A stretch of DNA of 11,091 nt from Octopus sinensis (taxonomy: Eukaryota), in assembly GCF_006345805.1 (NCBI RefSeq), contig NW_021827089.1, positions 1 through 11,091 on the forward strand. The letters run 5' to 3'. This document shows positions 1 through 7,367 of the stretch, piece by piece. Positions within the stretch are counted from its first letter, which is position 1; every line of letters starts with the position of its first letter. The position numbers were made by a program, and so were the translations under genes. The notes under the pieces were generated by a model that did not search any database, was not told the origin of the DNA, and was given only the letters and a program-made list of their open reading frames with translations.

Positions 1-380
1 TCTGTCAATTCTTAATGAAATCAGTAGACAATCAACGCTACTGAAAAAAGAAAACAAAAACTACTCCGCAAATACAACATCACAGAAAAAGATTTACCTG
101 AGATAAAAGAAAAGCTAAAGCAAGATATCCTTGCCAAAGCACATGGATCCGCCGGTACAAGAAACGCCAGCGCTTCTTTGAACAAAACAAAAGTTCAACT
201 CCAACCCCAAAAAGTCTACCAAGAACTTGGCAAAAATAAAATAGAAATCACTGCCGCAGCACCAACCGCAGTAGAAGTGGAAGAATTCTGAGAGAAATAT
301 GATTGGCGAACGAACAACCAAAAAGAAGGAGTATTAAAACAACAAACTCAGCATCTGAGCAACTTTGGACTCCCATAACA

Positions 381-1240
381 ACTGAAGAGATCACCCAGGC
401 ACTGCAAAGACTAAGCAACTGGAAGGCACCTGGGCATGACAAGATCCCCAACTTCTGGTTCAAATATCTAACAGGACTGCACAAAAAGCTGACTGAAAAC
501 TTTAACAACATACTAGCAGAGCCAGAGACAATGCCTGAATGACTCACGAAGGGGAAAACCATCTTAATTCCCAAATCAAATGAGACAGCAAAATCAGAAT
601 ACTACAGACCAATAACCTCTCTCCCTACAATGTACAAGGCATTTACTGCAGTGATATCGCAATGGTTGAACAAGCACCTGGACGAAAACAACCTGTGTCC
701 AGAAGAGCAGAAAGGATGCCGCAAAGACTCATATGGCTGTAAAGATCAACTACTGATTAATAAAGCCATAACTGAAAACAGCCAGACAGAAGAAAGGCCT
801 CAGTATGGCCTGGATCGACTACAAAAAAGCGTTTGATAGCATCCCCCACACATGGATCCTCGAAACACTAGCCATTAACAAAGTAGCACCGACAATTATA
901 AAATTCATAGGACACTCTATGAATAAATGGCAAACAGTGCTACAGCTCCAAACAAAAGAGGGACTCATGAAAACCAAAGCCATCCCCATTAGAAGAGGAA
1001 TATTCCAGGGAGACACCTCTCTCCACTCCTTTTCTGCTTGGCACTGTCACCTCTATCTCATATGCTAAATAGAACTGGATGCGGATATAAATGTTACGGC
1101 TGCGAAAACCATTTTACTATGGATGACCTAAAACTATACGCTGCAAATGACAAACAGCTGGAAACACTTTAAAGACAGTTCATGGATTTACCAAAGAAAT
1201 AGATTGAAATTTGGATTAGAAAAATGCGCCAAAGTAACCC
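381..1240 (+). pseudogene. Reverse transcriptase domain of the R4-type element (frameshifted, one premature stop)
   Basis: KAPGHDKIPNFWFK (motif 0); MPE*LTKGKTILIPK, where TGA at 540-542 replaces the usual W; YRPITSLPTMYK; PEEQKGCRK; AWIDYKKAFDSIPH; RRGIFQGD-[frameshift]-SPLLFCLA; MDDLKLY (ATG GAT GAC at 1119-1127, with the expected Y read as T); FGLEKCAKV (~1210-1236). Confidence 0.92.
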
Positions 1241-1801
1241 TGAAAAGAGGAAACTAGTTAAGAGTAGCAACATCACACTAGATAAAACAATGAAATAAAA
1301 GAATTAGACCAAAGCCAAACTTACAATACTTAGGAATCCATGAACCAGATAAGACACCACACACAAATGAAAGAGAAAATAAAAAGAATATTATAGACGA
1401 GTTAGATCAATACTAAAAACAGAGCTCAATGCTAAAAACAAGATAATAGGTATCACACTTTAGTTGTCCCAGTTATAGTTACAGCTACAATATCCTTAAT
1501 GGACACTAAATGAACTGACCCAAAATAGATAGGAAAACAGAAAAATAATGACAGGATCTAGGGCATCACCCAAAATCTGACATAGAAAGACTATATATAC
1601 AACGTATAGAAGGTGGTAGAGGCCTTATACAGCTGGAAAACTACTAAAAATAACCACCATAGGACTGGCAAAAATATCTACTACTTCAAGGAAGGAAAAC
1701 TGATACAAATAGCGGCAAAACACGAGCAAAACAAAAAACTGTTCTCAGTATTTAAGGAAGCTGACAAATACAAACAAGAAATCATACCACCTAATAAATA
1801 T

Positions 1802-1995
1802 GAAGAAGAAGAAGAAGAAGAAGAAGAAGAAGAAAGAAGAAGAAGAAGAAAGAAGAAAGAAGAAGAAGAAGAGAAGAAGAAGAAGAAACGAAAGAAGAAG
1901 AGAAGAGGAGAAGAAGGAGGAGAAGAAAGAAAGAAGAAAGAAGAAGAAGAAGAAGAAGAAGAAGAAGAATAAGAAGAAGAGAAGAAGAAGAAGAA
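1802..1995 (+). repeat. Imperfect (GAA)n microsatellite embedded in the LINE ORF
   Basis: About 190 nt of GAA units with irregular A insertions and deletions, between LINE coding sequence ...IIPPNKY and TTKAIKQM... Confidence 0.95.
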
Positions 1996-2258
1996 AACAA
2001 CAAAAGCTATAAAACAAATGAATCCAACTAAAATAGAACAACAACGGACCATGATAAAACGATGGCAAGAAAAGCCCATTCATGGTAAATACTGGACTAA
2101 ACTAAATGCAAAAGAAATAGACAAAGAAAATCCCAGCAATGGTTGAGAAGCTCAGGACTCAAACCAGAGACAGAGGGATTTTTAATTGCCGCACAAGACC
2201 AAAGCTCCCCACCAGAAATTACCAAAAACATGTAATGAAAAGAAATATAACAAGTAAC

Positions 2259-2825
2259 TGCAGAATATGTGGAGATGGACAAGAAACAATAAATCATATT
2301 ATCTCTGGCTGCCCAGTCCTGGCTAAGAAGGAATATATTCACAGACATGACAGAGTTGGAACCTACATACACTGGAACTATCCAACATTATGGAATAACA
2401 ACAGAAAAAAGATGGTATAGGCACACACCAGAAAGGTCACAGAAAACGAGAAAGCAACCATACTCTGGGATATGCTGATACACACAGATAGAGAAATTAA
2501 GGCCAACAGACCAGATATAGTTGTCAGAGATCATGAAGAAAAAAAATTCTTTCTAATTGATGTATCAATACCGGCAGATGACAACGTGTCTCTAAAAGAA
2601 ATGGAGAAACTTTCAAAATACAAAGACCTGGAAACAGAGGTAACCAGAATGTGGAATCTAAAAACAGAAACAATTCCTATCATAGTAGGTGCATTAGGCA
2701 TGATAAAAAAATATTCAGACAAATACATAACAAAAACACCAGGACTTACAAATACATATAACATACAGAAAATTGCACTACTAGGTACTGCACACATCCT
2801 ACGCAGAACACTTTCCATAAAATAA
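2259..2825 (+). pseudogene. CCHC zinc knuckle plus restriction-like endonuclease of the R4-type element
   Basis: CRICGDGQETINHIISGC (C-X2-C-X8-H-X4-C, 2259-2312), RHDRV, then RPDIVV (PD at 2511-2516)...LIDVSIP...EMEKLSKYKDL...PIIVGALG...LGTAHILRRTLSIK*. The frame is broken around 2375-2435. Confidence 0.93.
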
Positions 2826-2924
2826 CCATCAGAGCATCACAACAAATCACAGCACATACCCAAGGCACACAGAGCTGCGTTTGGTAGTGAAGTGAAAGCA
2901 CGCTATAAAAATAAAACTACTGAA

Positions 2925-2936
2925 TACTACTACTAC

Positions 2937-2999
<63 letters not shown>
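2925..2999 (+). repeat. (TAC)4(TAA)21 array at the LINE 3' end
   Basis: Read directly: TAC x4 at 2925-2936, then perfect TAA x21 at 2937-2999. Confidence 0.97.
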
Positions 3000-3001
<2 letters not shown>

Positions 3002-3247
3002 GGTGGTAGTAGTACCAATAATTGTCGGAACCCTGGGAATAGTGAATAAAAATCTTGAGAAGTACATGGAACAAATAGGGGCTGCAATAAGGGTGGAACA
3101 CTTGCAGAAAGCAGTTCAGTTTGGAACCACTCTAATACTCCGGGTGATGCTCGAAAAATAAGGGATGTTACCTTAGTCCACTGGTAGTGAACAGCTGGCA
3201 TCGTAGTACATCTCCAACGTGATACAATAAAAAATAATAATAATAAT
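3000..3247 (+). mobile_element. Second, divergent, heavily 5'-truncated R4/Dong-type LINE (last 53 codons, 3' UTR, TAA tail)
   Basis: 3000-3161 translates to KVVVVPIIVGTLGIVNKNLEKYMEQIGAAIRVEHLQKAVQFGTTLILRVMLEK*. This aligns without gaps to the first element's C-terminus (19/53 identical, counted by hand). AATAAA at 3226-3231 and (TAA)4 at 3235-3246 follow. Confidence 0.88.
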
Positions 3248-3410
3248 CCTTTCAACTAAAATTACAAAGCCTGAAATTTGGTGGGAGGGGACTAGTCGAT
3301 TACATCGACCCCAGTGTTTCACTGGTACTTAATTTATCGACCCCGAAAGGAAGAAAGGCAAAGTCGACCTCAGCGGAATTTGAACCCAGAACGTAAAGAC
3401 GGACGAAATA
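3248..3410 (-). mobile_element. tRNA-derived SINE, 5' (A-box) end missing
   Basis: Minus strand reads B box GGGTTCAAATTCC (3375-3387), central GAGGTCGACTTTGCCTTTCTTCCTTTCGGGGTCGATAAATTAAGTACCAG, GTCGAT-N3-ATCGAC hairpin, then GAAAGG(ATT)n tail. Homologous to four other copies in the window. From memory the central block resembles the MetaSINE domain; this was not verified. Confidence 0.85.
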
Positions 3411-3455
3411 TATGTATGTGTGAATGTATGTATGAATGCATGTATACATGTATGC
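3411..3455. repeat. Degenerate (TATG)n/(TG)n microsatellite
   Basis: tatgtatgtgtgaatgtatgtatgaatgcatgtatacatgtatgc; it abuts the truncated SINE head. Confidence 0.75.
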
Positions 3456-3515
3456 CTGTGGAATTGAAGCGAGTATAATATTAGGTACCAAACTAAGTTA
3501 TAACATGATAGACAG

Positions 3516-3754
3516 TATATTATTTACATTATTTACATTTGACGGATATTTGACCTCATCTTGTTTGTTGTTAACACAACGTTTCGGCTGATATACCTTC
3601 CAGCCTTCATCAGGTGTCTTGTGGAAATTTCGAATCTAGGTTCTCATTCCTAAGGTGTTAACAACAAACAAGATGAGGACAAATATCCGTCAAATGTAAA
3701 CAATGTAAATAATATAAATAATGTACATAATTCATCATCTCTTAAATATAGAAC
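3516..3754. mobile_element. Penelope-like element (PLE) terminal-repeat remnant with an inverted segment (foldback)
   Basis: 62-bp inverted repeat 3516-3577 vs 3655-3716 with 2 mismatches, enclosing a PLE-type hammerhead motif. The extension to ~3754 is tentative. No PLE RT or GIY-YIG ORF is seen, so the PLE assignment is inferred from the ribozyme type and the inversion. Confidence 0.65.
3573..3618 (-). ncRNA. Minimal type I hammerhead ribozyme (PLE-type, dimer-forming)
   Basis: Minus strand: GACAC-CUGAUGA-A-GGCUG-gaagguauau-CAGCC-GAAA-CG-UU-GUGUU. Stem I is GACAC/GUGUU, stem II is GGCUG/CAGCC, stem III is a loopless ACGU palindrome. Predicted cleavage is after GUU, between 3578 and 3577. 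Confidence 0.8.
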
Positions 3755-3973
3755 TCTATGGCGTATGTCAAGGTATTCTCAGTTTATTGAAGCTTCTGGC
3801 TTAGCTGAAAGTGGGGGAAAACAAAAACCTAGCGACTGGTGTCGGCAATTTTGAAAGAAAAGGGAAGATAATTTCAAGAAATTAAGAATAAATATCTCAA
3901 GTTAATTAACATAATTATAAAAAAAAGGCAATCAGACCTTTTTTCTTTTCTTTCTTTTAGCAACCAAAGGACA

Positions 3974-4015
3974 ATCATGGGCATGTTTCGGTCTGTTTGA
4001 CCTCATCAGTATAAT
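3974..4015 (-). ncRNA. Degenerate minimal hammerhead ribozyme motif
   Basis: Minus strand: AUUAUA-CUGAUGA-GGUC-aaaca-GACC-GAAA-CAUG-CC-CAUGAU. The core and stem II are perfect and stem I has 5 of 6 pairs. The cleavage triplet reads GCC rather than GUC. Confidence 0.6.
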
Positions 4016-4374
4016 GTATTCTAACCAAACCAGCAGCTTATATAGAAGATTTGCATACATAAAAAATGAGATACGAATAAATTTGGTTAATGTAGATTTG
4101 CATAGTTAAAATATCGGTTATTCAAATTAATGCCTTTGGCTAAATTCAGGTTTTTTTGCAGCTTAGTTAAGGAAAGGCAACTCCCCCGAGCCCTTGTTTT
4201 AAATGCTTACAATAGAGTGAATACCACGTAAAGCACCCAGGGACCAGGTGGTAGTGTTAAACCGGGAGGTAGTGTTAAACCGCGTGGTAGATTAAATCAA
4301 CCATCCATCAACCGAAACGCAATAACAAATATCTTAGTGTATCTTATTCGACAGTAAAAATTCCACCGCTATTA

Positions 4375-4490
4375 TATTTTATCGATCCCGAAAAGACGAA
4401 AGGCAAAGTTGACCTCGATGGGATTTGAACTCAAAGTGCAAAAGTCGTAAGCAATAACGAACTGCGCTTTAACCTGGGTGCTAAAACGAC
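4375..4490 (-). mobile_element. Diverged partial SINE (same family)
   Basis: TTTATCGATCCCGAAAAGACGAAAGGCAAAGTTGACCTCGATGGGATTTGAACTCA matches the central block and B box of the 3248-3410 copy. Ends are approximate. Confidence 0.8.
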
Positions 4491-5779
4491 GCCCCCCCCC
4501 ACCCCACCTAAGTTATTTCTCTTAGTACATTCTATTTTGAATTTTAAATCCAATTAAATTGAACATTCATAAATTGCAAAATTGAATAAGTTCGGGTGGT
4601 GTAAGGAGGGGAGAATTTACGCCATATTAACTTTTGCAAATTTGTGAAATTTATTAACTGAATTTTGCAGACGCAGACCATTACCAAGTTTCTTTGGAAT
4701 ATAGCTATGTTTTGTTTTTTTTTAATGTTCTTAAATTGTTGAACGTGTTTGAGTCAGGCGAAGAAAAGGTAAAAGAGAAAGAAAAAGAAGGATGAAATAT
4801 TGTATAGAATTACCGAAATATGGACGTTAAAATGCTAATGAGTAAACAGAAGGAAATTTATATTTCACTAGACTATAATATAATATAATGACTGCGATAC
4901 TACAAAAAGTATGTTTCTAAAACTATAATAACTAAAAATTTAATAGTTACAATGTGAACTAGTTTCACGTGGTTAGAAATACATAGATCTGTGAAGAGAG
5001 GAAAGGAAGCAGTTTTGACAAAAGGAAAAGAAAAACACATACATACATCTTTCATTTTGATCGTGTTTTAATTACAGGGAAAAATATGTGGAAAACTGAA
5101 AGATAGAAGTGATGATATCACACTGTGAATAAATAAAGCAAATAATATTGTTAATTACACGTGCATTTGTAAATTAAGAGAAATGATATTACAGAAAAAG
5201 TTCTTGTGAAAATTATAAGTTCAAAAGTAACGCTAAAATATAAAAGCGAACCTATACTAATAACTTAATATTAGTGTTTCAAAGTTAAATTCGGTTAACG
5301 TTTCCATGTTTCTATGCAGCTGTGTATAATGCCTGTTAAAATGAATTTAAAACAAAATCATATTCATTTGTACAATGCTGTAAATTTTTGTAAAGAAAGT
5401 GTTGCATAGTCAATGAAATAGATAGTAGTACAAGTCTGGCAGGTATTTTAGAGAAAGCATACCTTGGAAGATAGAGAAAAGCAATGTTGAATCCGGAACA
5501 ATTTCCATTCGGAAAACAGAAGGACAAAACCAAACACTGCAGGGAATTTAGTCCAGCACTTTGCCACTTTTTATACCATTCCGAAAATTATTTATTATTG
5601 AGTCTTTTGTAATTTTGTTTTTGTCTCATCATCCATCGAGCGCCACTAGCGTCGCATAGAATTTGCTTTTCGTTTTGAATTTTGGTTAATGCTCCATCTT
5701 GGAAATGTAACAGGAACTTCACAACTCATTTCTCTAAATTATAAGAACTTGATGCCGAGTTGAAACGTAATCAATATGT

Positions 5780-6432
5780 TTGTGGTGATAGTGATAGTGA
5801 TGGCGGTGATGGAGGTACCAGTGATAACGGTGGTAGCGAGACGGCGGAGGCGGAGGTGGTGACGGTGGCGGCGGCAATGGTGGTGTAACAGTGGCAGTGG
5901 TAATGGCGGTGATAGTGGTAATGGTGGTAGTAGTGGTGGTGACAGTGGTTGTACTGGAGGTGGTAGCGATGGCAGTGCCAGTGGTGGTGGTTGTGATGGA
6001 GGATGTGGTAGACGTGGTACCGGTGCGGGTGCTAGAGGTGGAAGTGGCGGGTATGGAGGTAGTGTTGGTCGCCGTGATGGTAGTGGTTTGGTGGTCGTTG
6101 TAGTGTTAGTGGTGGTGGTGGTGGTGGTGGTTGTGGTGGTGGTGGTGGTGGTGGTGGTGGTGGTGGTGGAGGATGTTGTAGACGTGGTAACGGTGCAGGT
6201 GCTAGTGGTGGAAGTGGCGGATATGGAGGTAGTGTTGGTCGCTGTGATGGCAGTGGTTTGGTGGTCGTTGTAGTGTTAGTGGTGGTAGTGGTGATATTGG
6301 TGATGGTGGTGGTGGTGGTGGTGGTGGTGGTGGTGGTGGTGGTGGTAGCAGAGGAGAAGGAGGAGGAGGAGGAGGAGTTGTGGCGATCGTTGTCGTCGTG
6401 GTGTCAGAGTTTGCGATGATAATGGTAGTAGC
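5780..6432. repeat. GGT/GTG-rich low-complexity tract
   Basis: Compound GGT, GAT, GGC and GGA triplets with pure (GGT)n runs at ~6108-6168 and ~6305-6345. Confidence 0.9.
5997..6286 (+). repeat. Tandem duplication of a ~120-bp unit (period 170)
   Basis: 5997-6116 vs 6167-6286: 7 mismatches and no gaps by manual alignment, separated by a (GGT)n run. Confidence 0.9.
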
Positions 6433-6669
6433 GGTGACTGTGAATGTTATTGTTTAAGCCTTTCGTCAGACTATGATCAAAGCATACCCCTCCATCGTTA
6501 ACCATCCTATCCTGTTATTCAAACACTGTGCATCCATGACTACATTACACAGTACGCCCTTCCACCGTAACATAAGGGAGATGTGGCTACTATTTCTAAC
6601 AAGTCGAATGACCAAACGGAGATTATCTCTTGTCAAACAGTTGAAAAGGTTTTTGATTCGGTTTGGAGT

Positions 6670-6888
6670 CAACATTGCTTTCAAATTTTGTTGCAAGGCC
6701 AACAATTGCAGAGGAGAGGGTAAGTCGATTGTATCGACCCTAGTACTTGACTGATACTTAATTTATCGATTCCGAAAGAATGAAAGGAAAAGCCAACCTC
6801 GACGGAATTTGAACTCAGAACGTAAAGACGGATGAAATACCGCTTGGCATTTTGCCCGGTGCGCTAACAATTCAGCAAGGTAGCCTCC
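6670..6888 (-). mobile_element. Near full-length tRNA-derived SINE
   Basis: Minus strand: GGAGGC..GAATTGTTAGCGCACCGGGCAAAATGCCAAGCGGTATTTCATCCGTCTTTACGTTCTGAGTTCAAATTCC (B box), central block, hairpin at 6724-6738, and 3' end GGCCTTGCAACAAAATTTGAAAGCAATGTTG. Confidence 0.87.
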
Positions 6889-6920
6889 TTGATATAGTGT
6901 TAATATTGTTAAAAAAAAGT

Positions 6921-7144
6921 GGTGGCGAGTAAACAGAATTGTTACCGTGCCGGATAAAATGCTCAGCGGCATTTTGTCCGTTTCCGTTTTTACGTCCTGA
7001 GTTCAAGTTCTGCCGAGGTAGACTTCACATTTCATCCTACTGAGGTCGATAAAATAAGTACCAGTTGAGAATTGGGTGTCGATGTAATCGAGGAAACCTT
7101 CCGTGAACTTGCTGGCCTTCTACCAAAATTTGAAAGCAATATTG
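6921..7144 (+). mobile_element. Near full-length tRNA-derived SINE
   Basis: GGTGGCGAG..GAATTGTTACCGTGCCGGATAAAATGCTCAGCGGC..CTGAGTTCAAGTTC (B box)..TTTCATCCTACTGAGGTCGATAAAATAAGTACCAG..GTCGATGTAATCGA..GGCCTTCTACCAAAATTTGAAAGCAATATTG. Confidence 0.87.
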
Positions 7145-7367
7145 TTTTTTTAAAAAACCTGTGCACCTCCTATTTTTAGTGAATGAAATGACATGATCCT
7201 TTGAATATCTTAATCGTCTCCTTTCGTAAAATATAACAAATTTAAGCCTTAAACTTAGTGGAAGAACTAAGTCTGTGCGGTTGATTTGAAAACATAATAT
7301 ATAAGTATGCAGCACGCACGTATGATTACGGTACGTATTAAGCTACATAATTATGCATTGTCTTAGC

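Larger units (their letters stand above)
1..2924 (+). mobile_element. R4/Dong-clade (RLE-type) non-LTR retrotransposon, degraded; 5' part lies outside the window
   Basis: Co-linear + strand peptides in the expected order: pre-RT region (LKQDILAKA..RRYKKRQRFFEQN), RT, HHPKSDIERLYIQRIEGGRGL (~1565-1630), CCHC knuckle, RLE, stop at 2823-2825, 3' UTR with AATAAA at 2910-2915, then a TAA array. The QKGCR, YRPIT and RPDIVV..LIDVSIP motifs and the LGTAHILRR C-terminus are characteristic of the R4 clade. Confidence 0.92.

Noticed and set aside
115-1016. Minus-strand ORFs 115-321, 248-574 and 819-1016 (also 2097-2372 and 2531-2818)
   Set aside because: Antisense shadows of the LINE coding strand with no recognisable motifs.
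1613-2083. Poly-E/K/R and poly-F/L/S ORFs
   Set aside because: Translations of the GAA tract and its complement.
2925-2999. Telomere-like or CRISPR-like interpretation of the repeat arrays
   Set aside because: Simple trinucleotide repeats with no TTAGGG units and no repeat-spacer structure anywhere in the window.
2847-3255. Minus-strand poly-L and poly-I ORFs
   Set aside because: Produced by the (TTA)n complement; the real signal is on the + strand.
4655-4770. Possible exon: TTTTGCAG acceptor at 4670 to AAG|GTAAAA donor at 4768
   Set aside because: The most coding-like frame (TQTITKFLWNIAMF...) hits TGA at 4740-4742, the sequence is T-rich and non-coding-like, and no homology was recognised.
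5336-5760. Short ORFs in unique sequence (e.g. 5336-5533 minus)
   Set aside because: No recognisable domain, frequent stops in all frames, and no convincing splice-site pair.
5790-6345. Gly-rich structural protein reading of the GGT tract
   Set aside because: Expected from base composition; the frame shifts repeatedly into poly-Val and there is no start or signal peptide.
6455-6475. CUGACGA on the minus strand (6463-6469); also CUGAAGA at ~8704-8710 minus and ~382-388 plus
   Set aside because: No downstream stem II-GAAA-stem III arrangement, so these are not hammerheads.
6445-6510. Weak similarity to 9590-9660 (TGTT..AAGCC..TGATCAAA.GC), possibly 3' ends of another antisense SINE
   Set aside because: Too short and diverged to support by eye; it would need a repeat-library search.
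6466-6754. Overlapping ORFs 6473-6754 (+) and 6466-6705 (-)
   Set aside because: They run into SINE sequence and have no motif.
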